64,000 bases of DNA from Trichoplax sp. H2 (taxonomy: Eukaryota). The position numbers were made by a program, and so were the translations under genes. The notes below the pieces were generated by a model. That model saw only the letters and a program-made list of their open reading frames with translations. It was not told the DNA's origin and made no database searches. The stretch is from the NCBI GenBank assembly GCA_003344405.1, contig NOWV01000017.1, positions 372,001 through 436,000 of the forward strand, written 5' to 3'. The first letter of the stretch is position 1, and each line of letters begins with the position of its first letter. Positions 28,001 to 40,420 of this stretch are shown here, in pieces.

Positions 28001-31000
28001 ATTGTGATTGATGATTAATGATTTGACATGTCCAATAATAAGTTATATTGCCATAATTGTTTTTGACATCATCGGGATCGCATGATCGACTAGCATCCAT
28101 AATTATACTTTGGTTGAATCCAACAGTTCGGTAGTTGCCACCAATGATATGAGCAACAAGAGGATTATTCCTAAAGGAAAGATAGGCTCCGACATCATCG
28201 GTAAATGATTTATTATGAGAAGTTACCCTTAGGTATATTTTATAATTGTAGGCAGAAGAGATTATCCTATTAGGTACGATGAGAATGGATGTATTTGTTA
28301 AAATAGTAGGTGGAAATTGCAGTGGAGGACTTTCTATGGCATCACCGTCAATTAATTTATAAGGAGTAAGAGTCCAATTGAAATAGACACCACCAGTTAA
28401 ATTACATCTAACAGTTAAATTACTGCTAAGTAGGATATAACGACTGATGGAAAAGACTTTTGGTCTCGATTTCGTTCTTCCACCGCTAAAAGTAAAGCTA
28501 ACACTTAATGGAGAACATTTTCGAACGCGAACGCGTTGGAAAATAGTATAATTTGTGACAAGATTAATAGCTTGTATCCGTAAATTGTAGGATTTTACTT
28601 TATAATAGATATGATTAAAAATCATGACATAGGTAGAATTGAGTTGGAATTCGAATCTAGAAGACTTGTTGGCGATTTTTGGAACCGTTGAAGCTAGGAC
28701 TGCCTCCGACCCATTTCTCGTTATAGCTGGTGTGCCATCTTGAGGATCCCAGACAATGGCAGAAGAGTTTCCGATTTGCTTAAGAAAAACAAAAACTTCT
28801 AACGGTTCCCCAACCGTAATTCGATACGAAGGAGCGTAAACAAATAAAATTTGTATTGGATAATATAAGACTAGCTGACTAGAACCAATGGCCCAGCTAT
28901 AAGTGTTTGATGCATTAACTGTTATATTAGCCACTCCACTTGCATTATAGATGTAAATAATTTCAATCGACGATTTGTTCGTCGTACTAGGTACTGTAGT
29001 TTCATTTTCAACTTTTAAAGTTTGATTATTGTTGCCTGTATCTATTCCAGAGACAGATAGGACTGTGCCTTGGGCCCCGAGATTGTAGCTGTAATTTGTT
29101 GGTGAACCATATTCGGTGGAAATAATAATTGCTAAAGTCTGGTTAACTGCAAAATAGTTTAGATCCGATCCATTGCCTACTTGACGAGTTGCATTATCAT
29201 AGACTTGAATAGTTACACCTTCGATGTCTTCCTTAACTTCAATATCAGCAATCGATATCGATGAACTGTTGCTGTTATAAGCAGTGATATTAATAGTTTG
29301 TACTCCAGCGGTCGAGTAATTATAAGTAAAAGGTCCAATAATGGATGGTTCAACGACAACAGCCCGAATAAGGTAATGATCTTGATAAGATGAGACATTG
29401 GTAGAATCAAAAGCTGATCCAATATCCGTTTGGGAATTAGGACTAAAGTGGACTGTGGTAGAAAATTCATCATGAACGACTGCAATTTCTCCACTATCTG
29501 AGCCAGAATATGCGATACCAATAAAATCTCCTTCTTGAACTGCAAGAGGAGTGATGTGTGGCTCACTTAAAACAGCTCGACCAGTGTTATAAATGAACCC
29601 TTCTGTTTGGCCGACAAGAATAGCCATGGATAGATCAAATGGATTGGAATAATTCGAGGCATTACAATCGGTTTGATTATAGCAGTTTCCAGAGGAAAAG
29701 CAATAGCTAATGTTGCGATGAAAGTTTTCACATAAGGGCGGCTGACAATGATCAGAGCGAGAAATGCAACGGCCGAGAAGATGACAGTAGATTCCATCAG
29801 GGCAACTGGGTCTCCACACCTGAATTATCGTTGAAAACAACTTATTTAGGTCCATATTTTACAATTGCATTGTGATCTAGGGCTAATCTGAATAAACGAG
29901 AGGGAACTGAAACTACTCGTATTAGGACAACAAGAATCGAGATAGCTAGCTATAGTGTGGCTATACGAAATGCTGCTATTTTTCTATTTATGGTTACAAT
30001 TCGCATTTCAAATTTATAATCTAAAGCCCTTAATAACATACAAATTAAAATTGGGATACCTATATTAGAATTGAGCGTCTATTACAGAAATATAGAGAAA
30101 TTACAATCTAAAGCTCTTAGTAACATACAAATTAAAAAATGGGATGCCTATATTAAATCGAAAGTCAATGATAGGAATGTAAAGAAGTTATAAATAGCTA
30201 GATATCGATATATTGCACATAATTTACTATCTATTTAAACTTGGGAATATAATTGCTAACCTGAAATTGAATCTTTCCGGTTTGTTTAAAACTTCCTTCC
30301 CAATGATGGATGTAACCACTGCGTTTAATGACATAATGTGGAAAGAGCAGCGTAGCTTCATCAGGGTCATCTCGTATACCTAATATTGGTGCTGTTTGAA
30401 CTGCTGCAATTTCTCCAAGGTAAGTATGCCTGCAATCTTTGGATATGAAACATTACAGAAATAGATTGAGCATGTGAAGTATGTGAAGGTAGAATTTTAA
30501 AGTGATTGATTGTCGTAGGAATAGATCAAGTTTAATAAATAGATTATGAGCTATTAACAACTAAAAGGATAAAGGAACTTTCCAAATTTGCAGAAGTTTA
30601 GTTCACTATTCTTACAACTATAAGAATTTAGCTTTTATAAATCTATGTTGAGTGTATATCATGTATTCTTTGCGCCCTGTTGTAGCATTTCAAAGCAATA
30701 TACTCATTCCTTTTAACAAAACACGTAGTTTTTCAGGAGATCACCAGGTGCATTAGAGCTGATCTTCACTTACCAACATAATACATATCAATTCTTACCT
30801 AAAATAGGAAATTCAATACTATTTCCATCTCCAAATGACACAATAACGTTCATCTCATTGCCCGAAGAAACTATCGCTTTACACCAGAAGAGTTGATTTT
30901 TACGAACGTCAATTGGACATTGAGTATCGGTAATAACAACGGGCGCATGAAGATGATAATGTCTTACTGCTTGTAGATTACGAGTCAGATTATTATGAAA

Positions 31001-32589
31001 TGTAGCCGTAAATTTTATTGGACCAATGCCGGTGTAAAGATGATTTATTTGTAAAAATGGAGTAATAGATGGAGTAATCCAGCCATCACCATAATCGGCC
31101 TTTAAAGTAGCTGCTAGGCCAGGATTAGCGTAGTAAATGCTGGAGAATTGAAAGGTAAGACTAGTTGCTGTCATGATATTAGTTTGAAGGGGCTGATCAA
31201 TTTCTAATTGACGAAGGTATCCATCTGTACTGTACATAGTTGCATAATTGATTCCACCACACGATAAACTCTGGTTTCCTAAGCAGAAATCGGTACATCG
31301 ACCGATATATGTTGGACTTTTTGGCACTAACATTATTGTTGATGAGCAATAGCATATAGGTTGCGATGCGACAACTTGTAGTGCTGCATACGGGCAACTA
31401 ATCTTAGCACAGAGTTGTGCACATAGGATCGGTGTTAGCGTTGAAATGTTATAATTTCCAGGGTTTTTGTAGAAGAAATCTTGACTAGGAGTATTGCTGT
31501 AGCAGCCATATTCACTATAACCAGAAACTAATACAATGAAAACGAAAATTAGTTGTAACACTTATTAGTTAATATATTCCATAATGTAATCCTTGCGGCG
31601 TGTAATTTTACTAACTAAAGATTGTCAGCGTTTGGATTTCTCCATCAAATACAGTATAAACTATGAAGGTACTTTAATGACGATTATGCAGATCAATTCG
31701 CCACGGAATACATATGAGTACCGTACACGTAAGCAATGACTATCTGATGAAAATGAAAAATCGTGAATATTACAATACTGTATGCATCTACATAGCTATT
31801 TAATCTATCTCCATAAGATAACGTAATACAAGTTCAAGTTTGGTTTTTAAATCAAACACGAGAAAGATTTCGGAAGAAGCTCGATAATTATTGTAGTAGT
31901 ATATGTATATTTCAAATACTATATGATAAGGATCCATACACGTGTATGCTTGCTATACTTAACATCATACGCGTATAAATAAGCGCAGCCAGAATAAAGT
32001 ATAATAACAGCAATGGATGGGCGTTAACGAGAAAGGAAATTCGAGTTTGATATTGTAATTCAGGCAAGAAGAGATATTAAATAAGTTGCTATTAGATATA
32101 TAATTATTCGCATACTCATATTCATAAGACAGATATAAACTATATCCCCATATTTACGCTATACTTTAATGATACATTACCATGTACTAGCAGGAAGAAT
32201 AATTATTGTCTATGGCTGAGAGATTAAGTAATAGAAAATACAATATAAAATGTTTATGATTTGCGATACAAGTTATTTCTGCGAAGCTTTTATTATATAT
32301 TATCAAACTGCTTAAAGATTAGCGACTAATTCCACCTATATGCGTAGTAACTTTGAAGTGATTAAGTTTAAACAAATTTAACTTAAACGAATTAACTTGA
32401 GCATAATCATATCGATGTCGATGTATTTCAATAGTATTAAGTTCCATACAGTTTGCTATACAATATTTTATTAAAATTTAAAAATTGGATAATAAATTGC
32501 CATGCAATGAATATCAGATGGGATTTACCTAGTCTACTAATGGCATAGAACGCTAAAAATGAAGACAGAACCAAAATGATTCTTGCCAT
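19069..32589 (-). CDS. Polycystin-1 family receptor/channel, ~2724 aa, 15 exons: signal peptide, WSC, PKD-like Ig repeats, REJ, GAIN/GPS, TM1, PLAT, further TMs, polycystin channel domain, short C-tail
   Basis: Exons 32589-32529, 31527-30799, 30436-30261, 29819-27805, 27656-27092, 26145-25977, 25550-25510, 25305-25177, 24919-24823, 24748-24630, 24301-24056, 23693-22872, 22548-21040, 20933-20762, 20393-19069 sum to 8175 nt with consistent phases. Signal MARIILVLSSFLAFYAISRLVSG; WSC YGCY...CAQLC...CYC...CGG; REJ MDASRSCDPD and NPPPKAGTC; GPS CQCNHLTFF; PLAT YEITVFTG...HDNSGLSPSWFL; FTRLQR; YYGGGYVVEL; WIDHQTRAILIEFT. Confidence 0.92.
25634..25904. repeat. Diverged intronic direct duplication, ~100-nt core, 171-nt spacing
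   Basis: atggtaaagtgtaaatattatagcacag...ttaataaat at 25641 versus atggtaaaatgtaaatattataacacaa...ttaataaat at 25812. Confidence 0.75.
30017..30156. repeat. Intronic direct duplication, ~50-nt core, ~88-nt spacing
   Basis: aatctaaagcccttaataacatacaaattaaaattgggatacctatatta versus aatctaaagctcttagtaacatacaaattaaaaaatgggatgcctatatta. Confidence 0.75.
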
Positions 32590-35295
32590 GATGCCAATAC
32601 TTTCTGCTATGAATTACAAAATGAACGCTAACTTAGAGGAGAGAGTCTTCGCGATATAGAACGGACAATTTCTATCACTTGAAGGAGATAACTGTTTTTC
32701 TTTCTTCTAGAGTTATGCTACTAATGATTAGTCTTTAGGAAAGATTAGCTTCCGTCGGAATTTAAGGCTGGATTACTTAAAACTTTCGAACTTTGTATAG
32801 ACTTATAAATAGTTAATCATCCTATTATATTTTACGACAGGTGCTTAGATTACTAAATTATTAAATATTGACCAACATGGGATTTAATAAAAGCAGAAAA
32901 TTGCATGAATCCTGTTAGAGCTAAATAAATTATTCGTTAAATGCATCACGAATCTTTTTCTCTATTTAGCATCTTGCTATTCAATACCGATAAAAAATTT
33001 AACTATTCAGTCAAAGTATCACTAGAAATTGAAATTCAACGCTACAATATTACAGTCTCCGTAGGGAAATTTAACTGTTTTTTTGTGTTTGATTTCCTAG
33101 TTACAAAGTAGCACGTAGACAATTTCAATAAATAATAAAAGAATGATAGATTAATTAATAATTAGTTAATTAATAGAACCCTTAGCCGCAACTTATTTAG
33201 CATGATATAAAAGAGAGTTCCATTTGAATATCTATTTATTCCAAGGATATATCATGAAGGGTACCCGTAAATTTTTTAGTTAGTTTACTAATTCTATTCT
33301 TTATTTTAATTAAATTGACGAATTTTAATAGCTATTACCAGGCTTTTAAATTAATCAACTAGCCGTGAATGATTATTAAATATAGCATTGTATGATTGTA
33401 ATTTTAGCTATAGATACCTTGCTGCTTTAATCAACACTTTATATTATAAATTCTAGTAGAGCTCATTTTTGTCTAGATATATCCCTAGTTATGATTAGTG
33501 TAATATTTTAATCAAGCAATCTACAGTATATTCTTATTATATGACATATTAATTTAGACTAAAATAATATTAATGATTAAATTTAATTATTTCCAATTTT
33601 TGACGTAGGCTATCACATAATCGGGTAGGCTCAATACGATATTATCTACCGCTAATGCTTTTAATGGTAATGTGTTCGACTAGGATAGAGCCAGTTGAAT
33701 TATATTACACCGGCATTTACGTATCTTCAGCGTCGTAGTACCAATTTTTGAAGATTTTCCTGATTTAATTGCATTACTCGCAAATATTTTATAAATTATA
33801 TTTACCCGGCTAGTACATATTAGTATATGATTGTTACGTATTATTTTCAAGTTTTGAGGTAGAATATAACATATATCGATAGTACCATTCTCTCGCTAAC
33901 ATTTTGATATTAATTTGAACTGGATAGGCCACACAAATGTTATATCTTATAATTTGTACGTACCTATGTACAGGATTATCGCTATTTCTAGTCTTTTTTA
34001 TATACGCTGGTAAAAATAGTAGTATGATATTTTGACTGCATATGTTTTAATATCAATCAAATGAGATAGATTAGTGAAGATATATTACGTTAGCCTACTA
34101 GATATGCCCTTCTGGTATATTCTTGTGAATTCAATTAAGTTGATAGAATGAGTCTACTGCAGCTTGTTCAATATCAACCACATAAATCATAAATATGAGT
34201 GTAGGTCGTACGGGATGAAGCTAGCTAAATCACCCTAAACAGATCTATCTGTAAATTCGATAAATTTTAATATCTATTTTATTCCGGAGGATTTGATTAA
34301 AAATGTATCTGAAATAAGAATAAGTGGCTAATGGATATTTAACTGCTTACGATATAAATTTAATTTCAGGAGATCTTTTTAAGAATAATGCATCACTCAA
34401 ATAAGTGACTATTCTAGAATGGACGAATTGTGGTATATATGTAGCTTAGTATCAGAAAATCTAATTGATAATATCACAAGATATTTACTTAGAACAAAGT
34501 AGTTCATGAAAATTGGATACATTACGGGCTATATTCCAAAAGAACTAAAGAGCATATTGGTAAAATACCCGCTTATGTATGAACTTGAAATTCTAAATAG
34601 CAGCTATATACAAGTATATCAGCGCCATTTTTTTTACATTACGCAATATGTAATAACTCGAAGATAATATTTAATCAGCTCATTACGGATGAATGGGCAA
34701 CTATATATTACACTGCGACTAGATGTATCACAATTAAAAGGTATAATAGACCAACTCTTTCATTTCTTCGCTGTATCATTACTTAATGATGGTAATAGCT
34801 TCTCCATAATTTGATAATAGTATAGAAAAACAGATAAATCGCTAGTATGAGTACAATACTGTAATTAATCTAGTTAATGGATTACAGGTGATACTACAGT
34901 TTAACTTGCATAAATCAATTCGAAATCATAGTAAAATGTTTATTTATTCAAGTCTCATGATCACATTCATCGTAATGATATACTGTTCAATCCTAATACT
35001 GTATAATAGTTGTTATTTTAGGGATATATAGAACTTCTTTATATTTAGTGCAATGATAAGTAGAACATTACTAATGACTTATACTCGTATGACTAGCGTC
35101 ACATATAATCCAATAGTTTACAGGTATCAAAGTATAAATTGTTATCATGATATCATTTCCAGCATCAATATTAGGAACTGTCTCAGTTACGAATTGTAAG
35201 TAAAGCCTTAAGCCACAATATCTAGGAGATCAAAATAGTGGATAGTATTACTACTCACGGTAATTGTATCACGTTATACTCCTTTATTGATCAAT

Positions 35296-36469
35296 ATGGC
35301 GGAAAAAGCTGCTATCTTATTCGTTAAACCTACAGAAGAAATCTTGTTTAAAGGTAGTATTACAAACATGATTATGTTATAAAATATTGCATCATTACTT
35401 TTTCTTGTTGCGTATGATCACTCCTTTAAAATTGATTTTCAAATCGATAAACCATTTCGCCTATTTTGCTAGGGAACTATAACACTACCCTAACCGCCTA
35501 TATAATATTACGAAATCAGGTTGATGAATCTGTCTGTTTTAAAATTAAAACGACAGCCTCTCCTTTTTACTGTGCTCAACCTAACCTTGGCATTGTTAAA
35601 GCCAGAAGCTATGTCGTTATTGAAGGTATGTTCTATTTTACTCAGCAGTAAATAATAATTCCTTCTGTAACACATCTTATAAGTGTTTTTGCGTTAATGT
35701 GCCTATTTTTGGATAATTTTATTAATGAAATTTACTATATATGATTGAAAGAACTGTCTCTATGTGTTAGTTTACCAATAAATATCAGAGTTTTATGATC
35801 TTTTTAGCTTAACTTCTATGACACGTTCGTACTCCTATGCAAATAATCTCGGTTAAATATCTAGCGTTAGAATGTAGTATATTATAAACTATCACAGAAA
35901 TCCTCGATTAATAGTTACTAACGTTAGAGATATGAATAATGTGAAGTTTGATAGCGATCCAAATGATACCGTAATAAATGGATAGCAATTAATTTTAATA
36001 ACTGACTGAAAGCAAATTTTAACAATTAAAGTAATGAATCTTTAGATAAATTTACTATTTGCGGTCTTTAAATGAAACGAGATTTTAATATTACTGTATA
36101 GTACAAGCAAGACCATTCAAATGTACTGCCATGAATTTTAAAGATCACCTATTTCTTGTTCAAGCGATCGTCATGAAAAAAGATGACGGAGATTTTATAC
36201 AAGCGGTAAGATATTCATTTAAAGATAAATTTTAGAAAAGTAGATAGAATTTACTTCTAAGAATCACGATGGCAAATATAATGTGCATAGGAGTGAATTA
36301 GTGCTGAAATTTGAACTATCAGAATAAGAAAATTGATCTTGTTTAAGGCAATAATTGAAATTAATCGATAACATTTATTTATTAGTGGCAAAGTATTGGA
36401 AATCCTGCCGAAATTATGAACCATAGATTAAGCTGTAGATTTGAATTTACGCCCATTGCTGAGAGTTAG
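35296..36469 (+). CDS. Stand-alone MSP (major sperm protein)-domain protein, VAP-related, 132 aa, 4 exons
   Basis: Exons 35296-35353, 35473-35625, 36102-36205, 36386-36469 (399 nt). ILFVKPTEEILFKG, VCFKIKTTASPFYCAQPNLGIV, HLFLVQ, W...IMNHRLSCRFE, then TAG. No coiled coil or transmembrane tail in frame. Confidence 0.82.
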
Positions 36470-37929
36470 AGCAATGATTAAGGTATTAGAAACGTATCAT
36501 GCATAACTCCCTATAATTTATGCCAAATACCACTTCATATTTTAATCCTCATTATTGGCATAGTTTTTGGTACTATGGAATTGCAAGTAGTTTTGTGTAC
36601 TACAGCAATGGAGACTTTTAATATTTGATATGGAACTTACCGTCTTCGTTATATTACCAGGATAATCCATCCACTTTTTCATATAATTATCCTATAGACT
36701 TTTGCCAACTTATATGAGTAGTATTGCAGCTGACTTTATAGAACTTGGCTAAAAGTAACAGTTTTCTGTACTACTAAAGTAAAATACAGTAAATGATTTA
36801 TCAATTCGTACCTGTAGTAAACAGTAATATCATCGCTATTTGATCTATGTGTGCTATACTTTGATATCCTGTGTTACCTAAACTCTAAAATTAGGACATT
36901 ATATCAGTAATTCAATTTAACAATGCAATCGTGCTGCGTGCTAAAAGAGAATATTTGCATCGATTTTTTTAAGTCTTAAAATAGGATCACAACAAAGAGC
37001 ATTCGACTTCATAATTTTTAATTGTAACGATCAGAAGCTTATACTATATAATTAAAACACCTACATATAAACGGATGAAAGTTATTTATTTATAGTTTAG
37101 CTATTAACTCTTTGTTGTTCAAGAGTTTTTGATACTGATAGCTTCTTTTAGTAGCTTACTAACATATTATATGCCTCTATACATTTGAACCAAGCTGGGC
37201 TATTAATAAATTACAACTAAATGTGCGAGTATAAGAATTTATATTGTCATGCTATATGCCATTGCCAAGATAAATGAAACCAAATTTCTCTTACCAGCGA
37301 ATCAAAAAATCAATTTGAACTTGTTTGTTATTATACCGGTATAGTTTTAAATATCAATACCTTAGTCATTGTGGGCAGATTGTTCTAAGTCAGTAATGTT
37401 GATGCATTTGAGGTGAAATATTAATCGTACATCTGTAATGGTAGCAAATGAAATCTGTAACACTTAGCTGCATGATATTTTATGCGCTACGATTTCACCA
37501 GTGAATAATTGAATAACTAGTTTACATAAAATTTTGCCTACCTTGCTTTGTTCAATGGTTAATTTTGTATTGGTTATGAGTATATACCTTAAGTTATCGA
37601 TATGGATATTGTTTAATTCTTGACAGTTTTAATGTTCATATACAATATCATTCGAAAACATTAACATTTCAACAAACTGATTCTCTAATGATTACTAGCG
37701 TAATATGCGAAATATATTATTAGAGGAGACTTCAAATTGACATTACTGTAGCCAATAGAAATAGATTTATTAGTATTGAAATTATATGTTACAGTCTAAC
37801 TCTCTGTCACTACCACTAGATAAAATCATTACTGCTATTACCGTAGTAATATCTATATTTACACAATACAGTATACATATTTTATCAGTGTATTCACTAC
37901 AAGTAGATTGAGAAGCAACAGGTAAGGGA

Positions 37930-38880
37930 TGAGATCAATTCTAAATCTATATTATTGTTACCAGTAAAATTCCTATTTGCAATATTTAATATACGGTATA
38001 CGTGTTGAAATTTAACAGTCTAATACCGCCACTGTAACTAAGATGATGTGTGACTACGCAATCCTCGTTTGCTCACTATCGCCAAAATATTACTGGCTAT
38101 ACCGTATAGAAGATTAATTCCAATCCATAGTACGCATATAATAATAATCCATATTATCGCTACGAACGCCATAATTTATCATTTTTATTGAAAGCAATAG
38201 TAAAATAACTATAGTAATGTGTAAGTTACGTATCTATAATTTGTTCTGCTGACTATCTCCAGAATAATGTACGCTATATCTTGTAGAAGATTAAATCCGA
38301 GTATAATTCATAGTAACTATTATTATTATCACTACTAGCTATACAACTTGTTAGTTTATTGAGAAGGAACAGTATAAAAACTCTAGCGATATACTTTTCA
38401 TGTGTCTACAACCCGTATTGCTGATCATCGCCTGAAAATATGCGCTATATCTTGTAGCAGATTAATTTGAGCGCAGTTCAGAGTATTATAACCCATATTG
38501 TCGTTGCTAACTGTGCAATTTATCATTTTATTGAAAGAAACAGTAATAAAAACTATTACAATATATGTGCTACGTTTCTATAATTCTCATTGCTCACCAT
38601 TTCTAGAATAGTATAGGCTGTATCCTGTAAGAGATTAAATTCGAATATAATTTATAGTAACCTATTATTATCACTACTAGTTATATAACTTGCTAGTTTA
38701 TTGGAAAGACTAGTACCGTATAACAACTCTAGTGATGTACAGTACATCTATATTATATATCTACGGTCTGTAGTGCTGATTATCGGTATGCGCTACTTCT
38801 TGTAGTAGATTAATTCGAATACAGTTCGTAGCATAACCAAATTATCATTACCAGCGGTACAACTTATTATTTATTAAAAA
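37930..38880. repeat. Degenerate ~175-bp tandem satellite, 5-6 monomers, alternating A/B types
   Basis: Anchor agattaa at 38111, 38288, 38459, 38632, 38807 (spacings 177, 171, 173, 175), with a weaker copy at 37932. The monomers at 38288 and 38632 share tagtaac...ttattatcactactag; those at 38111 and 38459 share ccatatt.tcg...aatttatcatttt. Confidence 0.8.
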
Positions 38881-40420
38881 TTGAATTCATTAGTTAGGTC
38901 ATGATAATTCTATCTGTTATAGAGTATAGTATTATTATGTCATGGTAACTGCGACTTTTTGTTAGCTTTATCAGAGTTGCTTGTTCTTATTGCTCATTAC
39001 TAATTGTTGTATTATATCTAGATAGCTGCAAGCTTGTAATACCTTATATACTGTACTCTTGTATAGACTAAATCGTCATGGATATAGAGACAATATTGTA
39101 CCTAAATAGTTTGCTGTGTGTATTTTAATGATTGTTTTGGGCCGCAGTTCTCTGCCCTAATTGTCATCATAATGTATATAGAATTGAATAGCCTTCTAGT
39201 CGCTATAGCAACAGCCAACAGTAAACTCAAAGATACATTGACTAATAAGAATTACAAATTAGAATTGGCATAATACATGAAAAATGCTAATTCTATTCTA
39301 ACTATCATCGCCTTGTACTATCTATACACTACTTGCTAAATAGTAACCTAGTGAAAAGGCAATAGCTTGTGTATCTTTGTTGAATCTGCCTATCTAATTT
39401 ACATTAGCTGAATACTACCCTAGAGATTATTACTGTAATACAATCGACCAGAGAAGATAAAATTTCCTCTAAGATTGTAGGAAGACTACCGGTTTATATG
39501 TTAATTTCCAGATTAGATAGCTTTTTTGGCCGACAGAGTAGTCTTGTAGGAAATATTAATCATACATTAATATTTACTTACCGTTCTTGTAGTTCCCTAA
39601 AGCCCAATGAATTGCTGTTAAAATTTTATGCACACAAAGCAAAATCCATTGGCTTGATAACCAATTTATTAGAGGCAAAGCAGTGGAACCAGGAGCTAAA
39701 CGATTATACTTGGATACTTTTGATAACTGACTTATTTTTGAATCGCTCTTGGACTCTGTTGCTTACGATTAGCTCAAGGTTGCTTTCTAAGTAAAGTTGC
39801 GCTGTGGTTGGTCGTCATTTTGCTTGGAGACTTCTCAACACTGCTTGTATTAGATACTATCTAAACATCTGCAAGAGTTGATCTAACTAAATTGATGCTT
39901 TCCTATTACCAACTGCTACTGTGGTAAAAAACTTTAATAAGGTGGTATATCATTCTAATCCTTTTTGAGGCTAGCAATTCGACACATTACTTGCCCGTGA
40001 TAAAATTTTCTTTGCGCTCGATTAGGACTTTGGCTACGGCTTTCTTGTTAGCCTTCGCATTTTTGTATTGATTATCTAATATTTTTGCAAGAATTGTTCA
40101 AGATCAATTGATACTTGATCGAATTTTCTAGTAAAGTAACGCGATTGCCTTCTAATCCAGCTGGTTAAATTTATTTTTTTCCATCTAAAAGTAATCAACT
40201 TGTAATACCGTTACTGGCGCCGGATAATTCCGTTATCCTATTTCTTAAGAGGCTTTCAGAGTAGGATCAGTATCAAACTCCAGTATAGTTCAAAAGGTGT
40301 TATTATTATCAATCTGTAATTTATTACAGGTTTAAAACGACCCAGACTTGACATTTATTCTGCCATATATCAATCTAAAAACCATCAATCGGTCATTGCT
40401 ATTGAATTGTTTAATTAATT

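Larger units (their letters stand above)
33600..39590 (+). pseudogene. Probable highly decayed LRR-containing GPCR (LGR/RXFP-like) relic
   Basis: Stop- and frameshift-ridden + strand fragments in the expected order. LRR-like: RLSHNRVGSI/ANAFNG (~33607-33668), DLSVNSI...IPEDLIKN (34242-34304), YLTAYDINLISGDLFKNNASLK* (34336-34404), LVSENLIDNI (34446), LRLDVSQLKGIIDQLF (34713). Then hinge/TM1-like YCHAICHC...NTLVIVGRLF* (37242-37388), TM3-like CSMVNFVLVMS...LDSF (37549-37630), TM5-like LIVIIMY (~39157), TM7-like NINHTLIFTY (~39552). Confidence 0.4.

Noticed and set aside
21398..31397. Alternate-frame and antisense ORFs inside PKD1-like exons (e.g. 21398-21610, 22094-22297, 29213-29797, 31197-31397)
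   Set aside because: Shadow ORFs of long coding exons with no independent motifs.
33600..34800. LRR fragments as the missing N-terminal LRR of the PKD1-like gene
   Set aside because: They are on the opposite strand, and the PKD1-like signal-peptide exon at 32589-32529 splices in phase directly to the WSC exon.
36482..36628. Hydrophobic ILILIIGIVFG in frame after the MSP stop, as a VAP-like TM reached by readthrough
   Set aside because: Two in-frame stops (36467, 36479) intervene, and the stretch overlaps what looks like an intron pyrimidine tract and acceptor at 36563.
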